A stretch of 64,000 bases of DNA, taken from NCBI GenBank assembly GCA_017499595.2, contig CM039005.1:1116001-1180000 (forward strand). The letters are read 5' to 3'. A program made the position numbers and the translations under genes. Positions 41,697-55,044 of this stretch are shown here, piece after piece. Below the pieces are notes generated by a model that made no database searches, was not told where the DNA came from, and worked only from the letters and a program-made list of their open reading frames with translations. How positions within the stretch are numbered: position 1 is the first letter of the stretch; every line of letters starts with the position of its first letter. Source of the DNA: Psilocybe cubensis (Eukaryota).

Positions 41697-44600
41697 ATGA
41701 CTACAATGCTCTATTTTGTTCGTCTAATCCAAGGTCTTCGACGGGTGCTGTCCAGGTCTACGAGCGGGAGATCCTTGCTACCGGCGCTAAAACAGTTGTG
41801 GAGATTTCTTGCGCTTTATATTTCACGGATCCGCCTCCTGTTGGTCCCATCTGCTCTCAGGGAACACACCGATAGATTGCCAGATTCTTCCCGGCCAAAA
41901 ACGCCTGCTCAAAGCTTTATCGGACAATCGGACGGTAGATGCCGCGAGGAAGAGACACCTAATCTCTCATCAGCCTTATATCCATATACCCTTAAAACCA
42001 TCGAAAACGGGGAAACTATCTCTCTTGACAATGCAGTACCTTCTATATACCCTTTGTCTGGAAGTGGTATTCATAACTCTTCCCGTGGATCGATGATTCT
42101 GGAAGATTCACGGTCGGCACACTCTCGAAATATTGCCAACGCTTCTCGTACGAACCTAGATGGCAATTCTCAACGTTCACCATCGGTTATTTCTAGTTCT
42201 CATTTAGGCTTTGATGAAAATATTACAATTACTGTGCAGAGGGGCTCTCCAGTAATACCCCCCCAGACTTTCCCTAGCGATATACCACACTCTTCCTATC
42301 TTCATCCCGGTGATACATCCTCACGTCCGCAGTCTCCCAACGTTTTAGGTTTATCCAATAGCTCTAAGTCCTCGTTGGCTTCGAATGAAGAATACCATAG
42401 GTCCAGCTCTCCAGGGTTATATAATCAATCTCCTGGGATGGCCTCATCACTATCTTCTCTAATAACCTCTAGCAGCCACCGAGTCTCAGGGGTAGCAGAC
42501 AATCCATATCTGAACGTCAATCCCTCCAATGTTAGCATAATACCGGAAAATTCAGTGGAACGCGTTTTTATTGCCCCGTCAACTACCGAAGTCGGTGAAA
42601 CGGCTCAGCCCCCGCAACCTCTGGCATTGGAACGTATCATACCAATAATGCCAGAAGGCCTTCAGCATATGCGTTATCAGAATAGACCAACTACGTACGA
42701 AAGCTCGCCTCGTTTATTTACCGTCACCTGCTCATTTCGTTTAGGAAAAAGGAAATAAAATGCTTCGAAATGCCCCCCTGTGCAGTTCATACTCAAGAGT
42801 GGGTCATCTTCCTGTCACAAAAGCACATATTACTAAAAGAAAACTTCAATTATCAGTATCTATCCATCTGGATGGGTTAAATGCACGCATCCAGAAGGAG
42901 TTCGATACTTCCACCACAATGAGAAGGTATAATTTTGCATCCAGTCCCACAATGCAAAAAGGTTAATTTTCCTTCCTTTTAGCATGTATATACAGATTCT
43001 AACATCTGTGATGAGCACATTTATCACGACTTGATGGAAGATATAGATACGATCTTGCGCCACAGAGTAAAATGGGTAGTAGATCTGCCCTACGTGGACT
43101 TAGTCATAAACACCAGGTATTGTGATGAGGATCCTACGCGTACCTTCAGCGCCTACTACTTCATCAGTCATTCCTATTTTTCCGTTTTTTTCATGGACCA
43201 TTACAAAATGGATTCCTTGTCTGTAAATAACCAAGTATATGGACCCACCTCGTGGGATCACCTCGGTGAGTGGCCATAATTTCGTCTTTACGCTGTAGTA
43301 ATCCTATATCTTGTTAAAATTAGGCTACGAAATCGAGGCTCAGTACTGGTGAGTAGTCGGTAAAAGCTTCTCAGTACATCCCTACTAATGATTTGCGACA
43401 GGTATCACGTCCAACTTTACCCTCACTCACGCTTTCTCACGCGTGAGACGATCGCTCAACTTAGGGATGTCGTCCTCCATTTCATCGGAGGTAACAATAA
43501 TTGCACTAGCACCTCTATATACTGCTAACACATTCTAGACACGATGACATCGCCGACTTCGACTGCGCCTTATTCAATGCAAGACCTAAGGGATATATTG
43601 GCCTTAACAAGGGACATGGAAAGTAAGTTTCATCGTAACTCACAACTTATCACATAATGCTTGAACTTTTCAAATTTTGTTTAGGAAACCTTGACCTCCC
43701 GGCCTGGGTTGGCACTCAAAGCCTGTTAGGTGGGAAGCAAATTCATGACTAAAGTCTTAAGTCATTTATATCTATCCCTCAGCTCGCCAAATGTTCATAT
43801 TTTGTAAGTAACTGTTTCCGTTACTGTATTTCAATCCTTAATTTCTTTAGGCCGGGCGAAGTACCTTCACTTCCATGGAGAGCCACACGCTCGCGTTGAA
43901 CGTGATGTCTCTGTGTATGGAGATATCTACAAGCGCACATGGCTTGTAAAATATCTTTCTCCGATTCTGTTTTTTGCCCCAGATTTTCACTTGAAGAATT
44001 TGCAAAGTATGTGGGTGGATAGAATCATGCACAAATCCGTTTTTAGGGATGCAATGAAGAAAATGAATGAAGAATGGGACCGTTATGTCCTTTTCGTACG
44101 TGTACTTGTACAACATCGTATCATTGAGATGCTTATTGGATTTGATTTATGTAGGCAACTGTAATGTTGAGCGCTAACGTTGGGTTTTTGGCTATACAAA
44201 GTGTCGACAATGACACCAGTCCACAACGGTCGGCCGCTCAAATCGCCAGCTATGTGTCTATGCTTGCCAGCATTGGAAGTATCGTCCTTGGCTTGCATTT
44301 AAGTCGACAAAATAAAACCAAAGACCGGGAAAACGTTGATAACATCACCGAGGTTGTGAGTACTACAGTGATTACTTGGTCAAAGTTCTCAGGGCAGCTA
44401 ACATCCGTGGCAGCAACAGTATATGGAGCGTCATTCTCAGTCAACATTTGGAGGCCTAGAGGTTCTCGCTACATTATATAGCTTGCCGTACGCTCTCTTG
44501 ATCTGGGGGTGAGTTGAGTTTCTTCACACATAAACGAGGCCCATATTGATTGGTACTTTAGCATGGTCTCCTACTTCATCGCTGTCTCTCTTGTTTGCTT

Positions 44601-44871
44601 CCTGCATTCTGACACTCCGACAAGATCAATTGTCGGATTTTGCGTCTCCTCCTTGCTCTTCCTGGTCTGCTGTTGCATCTACATTAACTGGGATAAAGAA
44701 GAAGCAAAATGTAACCAGACAACATCCATACACCTTCCAGAAAATATCAGTACAACACCAAGGGCATCTTCTAGTTCTATCTCAGTGAACAAATCCACTC
44801 AATCACAGTCATATATGATTGGAATGACGCGTTTGGGACGACAAAACTCTGCGGAAGTGACACAGGTATAA
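41697..44871 (+). CDS. Uncharacterised multi-exon membrane protein with Ser-rich N-terminus, WW-like motif and C-terminal TM helices
   Basis: 353-aa Ser/Pro-rich first ORF, WW-like motif GWVKCTHPEGVRYFHH, and a run of small GT-AG exons (EAQYW|YHVQLYP, SPTSTAPYS, FHGEPHAR). Hydrophobic segments ATVMLSANVGFLAI, YVSMLASIGSIVLGL, YSLPYALLIWG and IVGFCVSSLLFLVCCCI. Confidence 0.75.
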
Positions 44872-46157
44872 CCGTCTGTTATTACTATACTCGCTTTTGC
44901 TACGCGGCGAGTTCATACGTTCTACGAGCAGCCTCGACTCGGACCAAATGTCCTACATTGAAGCTTTATAATTTAAACAATTTGTGACACGCACCATATA
45001 GTATTTAATTACACTTTTGTATATTCATCATATTGAGTAGTGCACATTAATAACTCCTCTTGTATACTAGCTAATTACAAGCCTGTTTTTCGAATTGTAC
45101 TCATCATGAGCGTAAGTCAGTAAAACTGAATGTTGGGTTGATCATCACCTATGACAGGCCCTTGTATGACTCGAGATCGTGGACTAGTTACTAGTCTAAT
45201 GAGTTACAGGGATACTGTGGCAAATATGTTGGATGTTGTTTCCCAGAAGGGCCACCCGCCTCATGGAATACAGATGCATCGTGCCTAGTAGACTGTGTGT
45301 AAGCGAATACTGACAATCGCAGAAGCGAGTGGCACTTCTGAATGCAGACCAAGAACAGACCGCGGATAAAACGAAGGTAAGCATTTTGTCCAAGATGACT
45401 CGACGCAGCTCGACGCCATGTGAGAGTCAATTTACGGCCGTCCGAATCACACGGTAAAGGGCAGAGAAAGGATTGTCTATCCCAATCATGTCCTATCGAA
45501 AAAAATGCCGATGAGAGAGGATGGGGTCCGCGGAAGACACAGAGCAAATGTTCGAACAGGTACAAGATATACACACACTACGAAATGGTTCTCCACGATA
45601 GATCGTAGAACAATCGTATTCGCCTTTTGTATAGTGCAACGCCTGATAGAGGCCTCGTCGGAGCACATCAGAGAAGGAAAGCAATCGTTTTCATCGAGAT
45701 TTGTCTTTCATATAGACAATCACAGATAGATGTAATGCACGAAGAATGTAAAGGTAAGGCGCGTCAGAGGCCCGAGTCCGATAGCGAATGGCGGTGAGTG
45801 GGCCAGCTTGTAAATTGCTGACTAAGGGGGTCATTTTTTGTCCACGCGTGCGTTTGGTTTGAACTTTGGACTTCGCAGCCTCTCGCAGGTCTTTTAAAAA
45901 GACTAGAACAGGAAAAAGAAAAGGGTTAATTCGAATAATGCCATGTTGCACAACCACAAGTTATACTAATATTATTATTATTAATTGGGCACCAGATGAA
46001 TTCCCACGAACATTAGGCTGAAGGCATCGCCGCCCTACCAGCGAGCGAGTACTCTGTCGCCTTCTCTGACAACCCATCCCATCCCACAAACCAGATCCTG
46101 TGTTTCCTTTCCATCATCTAAACAGAAGAATATCCAGACTCCGACTTCCTATGGTTG

Positions 46158-47529
46158 ATGGCCAAGACAAGCAAGGACTCGATCGTTGAAGGGCTCCACT
46201 CACCTGTGGAAGCATACTGGGTTGCTCAGCAGCCTTTGCTGGCAGACCACGGATATCAACTAAGGCCAAGGTATCATCCTGACTGGAAACCATCTTGGAA
46301 AGGACCATGGAGTTTCTTTTTCAAAAACATCTCCGAGTGTCCGGACAGGATTAGGCTATATGTATGAACCTTTTGCTAATGAATTACCTATTACTGATTC
46401 TTGTATCTCGGTCCAAAGAATCGCAAAGTCATTGATGCGGTAAGGGTAGCAGACGGTACTAGGGTGGTCATCAAACCAGTCACTCCAGAATTCGACAATA
46501 TTCCGTTGCTGCAGCATTTAAACTCTCCAGAGATGCGCAAGGATCCCCGGAATAACTCAGTCCGTCTCCTGGATGTGATAATTCCACCAAAGTCGAACGA
46601 AGACAAATCTGATCACAAAGTTTTCCTTGTTATGCCCATGCTCTTTCCGTTGCTGTCCTGGCACCTTCCATTTCTACACGTAAAAGAAATTGTGGACGTC
46701 TTTCAGCAAATCATTCAGGTAGTGTCGAAGCTGGCTTGCAGGTGAAAGTTGTTTACATACGAATTGTTCAGGGCATTGAATTTCTACACGAGCATAACAT
46801 CGCTCATAGGTACGTCACATTGCTAATTGCTCCCCGAATTTCTCTTGACAACCTATACAATCGATAGAGATGCTTGCAATCTAAACTTTATGATGGACCC
46901 AACCGATGTCATTCCTACTGGTTTTCACCACGCAAAGAACTATTGTCAACCTGATGGAAAGACGCTCATAGAATACAAGGATCGTTGTTCCGTCTCTCCC
47001 GTCAAATACTATATCATCGATTTTGAGACTGCAGATTATTTTCCCAATAACAAACTTTGCGTTGGACTTTACGGGCAGCAAAAAGACGTCCCCGAAATGT
47101 CCCGCACGGTGCCATATGATCCATTCAAGCTCGATATATACCAGGTTGGAAAGTTGATGGAAAGATTTACCAAGGTATGCCTATGCTGTTCGAATCGTGT
47201 ACTCTGATAATTGGTGCTTAATTGACTTTCAGGAATACTCGGGAATCGATTTTCTTGCTCCGGTGTTCAAAGCCATGACTTTACAGGACCCAATGATGAG
47301 ACCGACAGCGACGGAGGCTCTCGAACAGCTTAAGCAGGTTGCTTCTTCTCTGAAGGACTCTGATATGTCTGCCAAAATCAGGATGACGAATAATGCTGCA
47401 TATGATTTACAGCGGCTTCTGGCATTAGCGACCCCATCCAGGTCAAGTTCCCGATTTCTATTATTTAATAGTAATAAATTTCGACATTTTATATCACGGA
47501 ACATTTATCATATGCGACGGAAGGTGTAG
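46158..47529 (+). CDS. Protein kinase K1, AgaK1-like fungal kinase family, 5 exons
   Basis: EAYW..QQPLL..HGYQLRPRY.PDWKPSW, VVIK (beta-3 Lys), DPRNN, IAHR|DACNLN (HRD catalytic loop), YIIDF, PEMSRTVPYDPFKLDIY, RPTA. Confidence 0.88.
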
Positions 47530-47662
47530 TATTCGATATATTTAATATTAAGATTCAAACATTTCCTAAAGTCCGTTCATGATTCACAATCTCTTGCTCC
47601 TCCAAAGTTCCTCTACGCTTAATATGTTGGGTCCTGCTGTGAGTCAATACTCAACTGGGAAG

Positions 47663-48712
47663 AAAGGGGGTACGGAAATTAAAATGCCGGACACCGGCTA
47701 GGTAGGTAGGTTGGCCACCAGGCAAGGGGGTACGGAAATTAAGATGCCGGACACCGGCTAGGTAGGTAGGTTGGCCGCCACGTAGTGTTGCCGCCAGAGC
47801 GCAGTCACTCTGCAGTGACTGTGACTGCACTCTGTTTTTTCATTCTCCGACACACTTCACAGCGCAACAAAGTCGCAGTGAAGTGCTCTGCAAAGTGTGC
47901 CGTAAATTGCAGTGTTGGATAATCTAGACTAAATATGGAAGTATTACATGCATTTTTGTCGAATACATGAGAATGTTCGGGATACTTACTATATTTGGAG
48001 GATATTTATTGCACATGACCTTTATCTATCTAGATAAGATTGCAATAAAATATTCAACAGTGCACGTGGTCCAGGTCCCTTTCATCTTGTCGTCGACACA
48101 CATTTCTGCTTGGTTTTCGCTGGATTTGTTGCGAAAAGTCAAAAAAATTGCTACATTGAAGTGCCTTGGACTATTAGTACACTGACTGAGCAAATACATA
48201 TAGACAAAATGACTTGCAAAGCGTCAACCTTTCGTCGACCATTTTACGAGGTCGAGACGGTGAATGACATCACAAACACTTCACAGCACTTCACAGGGAC
48301 TGTGATCACTGTGAAGCGTGTCACAGTCGCCCAAAAATGGCTTCACTGTCACTGCACTGCACTCTGGCGGCAACACTACCGCCACGCCGCGAAAAAAAAT
48401 TAGATATCGTTACATCGTGACTTTTTAGTCACAAATTTGACATTTTGGAGCAGATAGTCATTGCCCAAAGCAAAATATTTTGCTATGATGACCTTATTTA
48501 ATCGGTTTAGGAGCCATTTTAACTTGATATCAATTGATGCCAATAATGTGCCGAGGTAGCGCAAAGATCGGTTGATGAATTTTGAGTCGGAGAATTACAA
48601 ATGCATATGTAAATTACTATATATAGAAGGTAGAGGTAGGTAGGTTGGGCAAATCACCCTCAAAAAAAAAAACCAACGTCGTGTCCGATTTTTGAAGACC
48701 GGTACCCCCTTG
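47663..48712. mobile_element. Non-autonomous DNA transposon with 8-bp TSD (hAT/P-type termini), hosting a nested MITE
   Basis: Termini (A/C)AAGGGGGTAC...GTACCCCCTTG. TSD CTGGGAAG at 47655-47662 and 48713-48720. The left 60 bp are tandemly duplicated (47663-47722 and 47723-47782). The paralogous positions downstream of K2 and K3 lack the insertion. Confidence 0.78.
47783..48378. mobile_element. hAT-type MITE (596 bp) nested in the previous element
   Basis: 17-bp TIR TAGTGTTGCCGCCAGAG / CTCTGGCGGCAACACTA. Perfect 8-bp TSD CCGCCACG at 47775-47782 and 48379-48386. Subterminal cagtc/gcagt repeats. Confidence 0.88.
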
Positions 48713-49095
48713 CTGGGAAGCTGTATACGTATGACTGTCACGACTAGTAAAATTTCGGCGCATTGGATTCTTAGTCAAGATTTTTGGGACAATGAACGGG
48801 GTACAAGTCTTCGAATCATTCCATGTCGCTATCCTACAACCACAAGCAATGTTTAAAGCTTGTGTTATACTAATATTCATTGGCCACTGCAAGGTAGCAA
48901 CTTCCTTACAAATGAAATCAAATATTTTCCCACGAACATTAGGCTGAAGGGCATCGCCTTACTAGCGACTCACGAGTGCTCTTACTCGGTCTGTTGCCTT
49001 CTCTGACAACCCAACCCATCTTCACAAACCAGATCCTGTGTTTTCCTTCCATTTTCTAAACAAAATTATCTCCAGACTCCGACTTCCTATTATTA

Positions 49096-50518
49096 ATGGC
49101 AAAAAAAAGCAAGGACCCAATCGCTGAAGGGCTCCACACACCTGCAGAGGCATACTGGGCTGCTCAACAACCTTTGCTGGCAGAACACGGATACCAACTG
49201 AGGCCGAGATATCAACCTGACTGGAAACCGTCCTGGAAAGGGCCATGGAACTTTTTATTCAAAGATATGTATGAATGCCCTGACTGGATTGGATTATATG
49301 TGCGATGCTTTACTTCACCATTTGCGCCTTACACTTATAACTATTTTGCATCTCATTTTTATGTTTTTAGTTTCACAAAGTAATTGACGCGGTCAGGGTG
49401 GCAGACGGTACTAGGGTGGTTATTAAACGAGTCACTCTGGAACGGGATAATGTTCCGTTGCTCCAGTACCTAAACACTCCAGAGATGCGCAAGGATCCCA
49501 GGAACAACGCAGTCCCTCTCCTTGATGTGATAGTCCCACCAACATCAAACGAAGAAAAAAGCGACCATACGGTCTTCCTTGTTATGCCAATGCTCTTTCC
49601 ATTGATGTCCTGGCATCTTCCATTTCGACATGTCAAGGAAATCATAGACCTTTTTGAGCAGCTTATTCAGGTAGTGTTCGAGCCGACTCTTTGTACTTGT
49701 AAGTCATTTACTTACAAGTTCCTTCAGGGTATTGCATTCCTACATGAGCATAAGATCGCTCATAGGTATGTTACATCTCTGATGTTCTCTGGAGCGTTCT
49801 TTCACAATAGCGCGATCAATAGAGACGCTTGTAACCTGAACTTCATGATGGATCCAACCGATGTGATTCCTAGTGGCTTTCACCACGCGCAGGATTTTTG
49901 TCAACCTGATGGAAAGACTCGTATAGAAGTCAAGGACCGGTGTACAGTCTCTCCTGTGCGATATTATATCATCGATTTCGAGACTGCAGATTATTTTCCC
50001 GATAACAAACTTTGCACCGGACTTTACGGACAGCAAAAAGACGTTCCCGAAATGTCCCGCACAGTGCCATATGATCCATTCAAGCTTGACATATACCAGG
50101 TTGGAAAGTTGATCGAAAGATTTACCAAGGTAATCCTCTACCATTGAAGTTTGAATCTTTGGTAGTACTATGCTAACAGGTGCTCAATTGACTTTAGGAA
50201 TACACAGGAATAAACTTTCTTGAGCCGGTGTTCAAAGCCATGACTGTACAGGACCCGAAGATGAGGCCAACAGCAACCGAAGCTGTTGAACAGTTAAAGC
50301 AGGTTGCTTCTTCTTTGAAGGATTCCGATATGTCTGCAGAAGTCTCGCTGTCAAATAATAAAGAACTTGAGTTGCAGCACCTCCTGGACCTGGTGTCGAC
50401 ATCCAAACCAAACTCCCATTTTCTGTGGTTCAATAGGAGTAGATGCAGACATATTATATCCCAGAGCATATCTTTTGTACGGCAGAAGGTACATTATTTA
50501 ATATCAAGGTTTCTCTAG
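49096..50518 (+). CDS. Protein kinase K2, AgaK1-like, 5 exons
   Basis: Same exon structure and motifs as K1 (VVIK, HRDACNLN, IIDF, YDPFKLDIY). Frames stay open across GT-AG introns. Confidence 0.88.
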
Positions 50519-50745
50519 TTGGTAATTGTCTGATAGATTGAGTGATTAAAATTTATGTCGCTTTCACTGCTACAAAATCTCTTCACTTTATCTTGCTCCT
50601 ATAAGGCTTCTCAATCCTTGATCTTCTGCGAGTTGCTGGAGATTAAACTCAACTGGGAGGTTGTAGATGCATGGTCTTCATGGCTAAATTTGAATCACAT
50701 TCAATTCTCAGTTGAGACCCTTTAACATAAGGAACCGGAATGAAA

Positions 50746-52043
50746 TCACCTTTCGTTCTCTGACATTCTACTGTAATGCGATGATGACGACGGCCTCGCT
50801 GGCAATCGTTCTGAGTAATCAATTATATCCGGGTTTAAATTGTCAGGGCCAAAGGCTTCGAAATCCGAGTATCGATGTCGGGTTATTATGGAACCAGGGC
50901 TACACAATGAGCAGCTCGTCTTGCATTCAAGATCTACACATACCTATCAACTTGATCATACTGCGAAATTGCATAGAAAAATTTCTGTGGGGGAGGCGAA
51001 AGGCCTCCAGGCTGCTCAATTTGTTCTGGAACAGGCCAATATTCGTGACTCTGTACACTGGCTGCTTGACTGTGTCTAATTGGCACGTCAAATGGTAGGA
51101 CATGTTATCACCATCTTCCAAAGATTAAACAGTCAAGACTGACCTTTGAGTAGCCGTACTGCCAACGTTGAAATGGGGCTGATATGGAAATGTTCCTGGC
51201 TCACTGTATTCAGAATTCTGTTCATTTTCGTGATGCCACGTGGGTTGAATTCGTCTAAGCTCAGATTAGCCAGGGAAACAATATGCACAAGCTTAAGGCT
51301 TACCTCTGTAACAAAAAGCGTTGACTAGCAGCATGTATGGGTGTTTGAATTGTATCATGCTGAGCTGCAGGGTGGTGGGGACTGTTCAAACTGAGAATTC
51401 TCGTAAACTCGCTAATTGTCATGCTAACTTCACACATCATACCTTCCAGTGACAACTGGATCATCGGTTGCAACAAGATGACCAGTCTGGAGACGAACAG
51501 CGCGAAGAGGATCGGAGACTAGGAAGTTCGAATCATATTGCTCAACAACGGCAGACTCAAAAACATGTTCTGAAGAAATGTTGGGACGCTCCCCGAGTTG
51601 ATTGCGGGATTTGAGGTCTCGATTTGCTGAAGAAGCTTCCTGGTAGAAATATTAAGTGTCAAAGCCACCATGTTACAATGTAAGCTCACAATGAATTGTC
51701 GGTCAAGGGTCTTTAAGCCGGTTTCAATTTTCAAAATCGTTTGTATGGTTCCAGATTTGTTCCAATGGCGGAGAAAGATATTATTCAAGTTTGCCGTTAG
51801 TTGATCAACTTGATTTTCACGTCTAGATGAAGGAAAATGATTTAATTGTGTTACAAAGTACAAGTTGGTGTCTTACGCATCAAGTTTTAGGAGCAAATCA
51901 TTTTGATCAGACTCTGTGATGTCAGCCGCTTCTATTTCTCTACGCTTTTGGGCAATATCTTCTTTGTATCCTTGAAGTTTTGTGAGCCTTTGCTTTCGCG
52001 TTTGTAGTAGCTGTACGCGGCGATCTTCGAGATTCGACGCCAT
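50746..52043 (-). CDS. Unknown protein B1: about 100-aa charged helical N-terminal domain plus a disordered C-terminus, 7 exons
   Basis: Hand-spliced open frame MASNLEDRRVQLLQTRKQ...KLDA|RENQVDQLTANL...DRQFI|EASSANRD...VVTG|SEFTR...LLQR|RIQPTWHH...|...GGLSPPPQKFFYAISQYDQVD|SPGS...SENER-stop. Intron positions are conserved in paralog B2. Confidence 0.72.
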
Positions 52044-53656
52044 ATCGGAAATGAAATTAGGTTGCAATCGGAGTTGAATAGAATGTGGCCTTCGAATGCC
52101 AGTACTATTCGCCAAAGACCAGTCTTTATAACGAAACCAGGGTGCCTATCATGGTAAGAGTAAGAAGCCATAACCAAGCGACTCACACGGCTCGACCAAA
52201 GATGTGGCTCAGCCCAAGGCGAGGCACGACTCTGTGGAGACATTTTGATTGCTTTCCCGGAAGTAGAACCGCATCCACATATTATTCGCCATAAAACAAT
52301 GGGCGAGACAACCCTAACCACAGCGTCGTGGGTTCAGAATATGACCTGTAGCTCCATTCGACCACGATTGACATAAAAAGGCAGCGATCAGGAAGATCAG
52401 ATGGTATATGATACGACGCCGCTGATGGATGGATCAAGGCAGGAATGCACGAGGTGGAACGCAACAATGGGAATCTGTGAGTAAAGTTGTGCCACTGAGA
52501 AAGATCCCCAAGGTTAAGCGCCCGTTTGAGTAATATCCCCCCTGTTTTTGTGAAAGTAGTCGGCTGATTTGTGAGGTGTTACCATTGTGAAGCCATCTTT
52601 GAACAGACAAATCGCAAGTAGAACGGAGAAGATCGAATCAGAAATACTGCTGTCCGTTTGTCAGACCCTAATGTTCTTCGGTTCAAAAAAGGTCCACTAA
52701 ATGGATGTTGTTTCCCAGAAGGGCCAGCCACCTCATGGAACACAAGTGCATCGTGGCTAGGCTGTGTGTAAACGATTGGAGACAGTTATAGAAGAGAGTG
52801 GCACTTTTCCTGAATGCAGACCAAGAACACACCACGGATAAAACGAAGTTAAGCAATTTGTCCAAGATGACTCGACGCGATGTAAGAGTCACTTTACGGC
52901 CGTCCGAATCACACGGTGAAGGGCAGAGAAAAGGATGGCCTATCCCAATCATGTCCTATCGAAAAAATGCCGATGAGAGAGATCAGGGTCAATAGTCTAG
53001 TTATTTAGGGATCTGAATGGGGTCCGCGGAAGACAGAAAACAAACGAACAGGTACACAGATACACACACACCCCGAAATGGTTTTCCACAATGGACCGTA
53101 GTACTATCGTATACGCCTTTTGTATAGAGCAACGCTTGATAGAGACTCGTCGGAGCACACAAGAGAAGGAAAGCGATTGTTTTCATCGAGATCTGTCTTT
53201 CATATAGCCAATCACAGATAGATGTAATGCACGAAGAATGTAAAGGAGTCCAATAGCGAATGGCGGTGAGTGGGCCTTGTAAATTGCTGACTAAGGGGGT
53301 CATTTTTTGTCCACACGTGCGCTTGGTTTGGACTTGGTTTAGACAACCTCTCATCAAACAGACTAGAAAAAGAAAAGAAAAGGGGTAATTCGAATAATGC
53401 CATGCATATGTTGCCATTCCACAACCAAAAATAATGTTATACTAATATTAATTATGCACTGCAAGGCAGCATGCAAATGAATTCCAACGTTTTCCCACGA
53501 ACATTAGGCTGAAGGGCATCTCCGCCTTACCAGCGAGCGAGTACTCTACTCAGTCTGTTGCCTTCTCCGACAACCCATCCCACCCCACAAACTAGATCCC
53601 GTTTTTTCCTTTTCATCATCTAAACAGAAGTATTTCCAGCCTCCGACTTCCCGTCG

Positions 53657-55044
53657 ATGGCTAAGAAAAAGGATCCCATAGCTGAGGGGCTTCACACAAG
53701 TGCAGAGGCGTATTGGGCTGCTCAGCAGTCTTTGTTGGCAGACCACGGATACCAACTAAGACCAAGGTATCATCCTAATTGGAAACCATCTTGGAAGGGA
53801 CCATGGAACTTTATATTTAAAGATATGCATGAATGTCCTGATTGGATTGGACTATATGTGCGACGCTTTCCCTAAAGATTTGGTTATAACTGATTTTTGG
53901 CCTATAAAGAATCGTAAAGTAATTGACGCGGTCAGGGTAGAAGACGGTGGTAGAGTGGTGATCAAACGAGTCACTCTAGAACTCGACAATGTTCCGTTGT
54001 TGCAGCATTTAAACTCTCCAGAGATGCGCAAGGATCCTAGGAATAACGCAGTCCCACTCCTTGATGTGATAATCCCACCAACATCAAACGAAGGAAAAAG
54101 CGACCATACGGTCTTCCTTGTTATGCCAATGCTCTTTCCATTGATGTCCTGGCATCTTCCATTTCGACATGTCAAGGAAATCGTGGACGTCTTTGAGCAA
54201 GTCATTCAGGTATTGTTCGAGCCGACTTCTAAGTCATTTGCTTATGTGTTGTTTCAGGGAGTTGCTTTTCTACACGAGCATAACATCGCTCATAGGTATG
54301 TTACATGTCTGAAATTCTCCGCAATATTCTGTTGATAATTGACGTAATCAATAGAGACGCTTGTAACCTGAACTTCATGATGGATCCAACCGATGTTATC
54401 CCTAGCAGTTTTCACCACGGGGACAATTATTATCAGCCTGACGGAAAGACTCGTATTGAATTCAAGGACCGATGTTCAGTCTCTCGTGTCAAATACTACA
54501 TCATCGATTTTGAGTTTGCAAACTATTTCCCCAATAACAAACTCTGTGTCGGACTTTATGGACAGCAAAAAGACGTTCCCGAAATGTCCCGCACAGTGCC
54601 ATATGATCCTTTTAAGCTTGATGTATTCCAGGTTGGAAAATTGATCGAAAAGTTCATCAAGGTAGATTTTTCGCTATTCGACCACTAGTTTGCTGACTGG
54701 TTTGCTTCATTACCTTTCAGAAATACGAAGGACTTGATTTCCTCCAACCTTTGTTCGAAGCCATGACTAGACAGGATCCCAAAACAAGACCAACAGCGGC
54801 TGAGGCTCTTGACCAGCTGAGGCAGACCGTTTCCTCCCTGACAGATTCCGATATGTCTTCAGAGATCTGGATGAAAGACATGACACCTGGATTACACAGG
54901 CTGCAAACCTTGAATGGTACACCTAGGCCTAGCTCCCGTCGTCTATTGTTTGATGGTAGTAAATGCAGACAGCTTTTATCTCAAAGTATCTCTCTTGTGC
55001 GACAGAAGATACAATATCGTATATCAAGCTTTTCAACCGTATAG
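53657..55044 (+). CDS. Protein kinase K3, AgaK1-like, 5 exons
   Basis: Same exon structure and motifs as K1 and K2 (VVIK, HRDACNLN, IIDF, YDPFKLDVF). Confidence 0.88.

Noticed and set aside
45191-45684. Repeated ORFs in block R (e.g. PCDSDGRK) as a third cassette gene
   Set aside because: The three R copies differ by frame-breaking indels and the ORF boundaries are not conserved. Treated as non-coding.
36590-55044. P450 plus kinases as a psilocybin-like biosynthetic cluster
   Set aside because: The kinases are protein-kinase-like (HRD loop, AgaK1 pattern) rather than PsiK-type, and no decarboxylase, methyltransferase or transporter is present.
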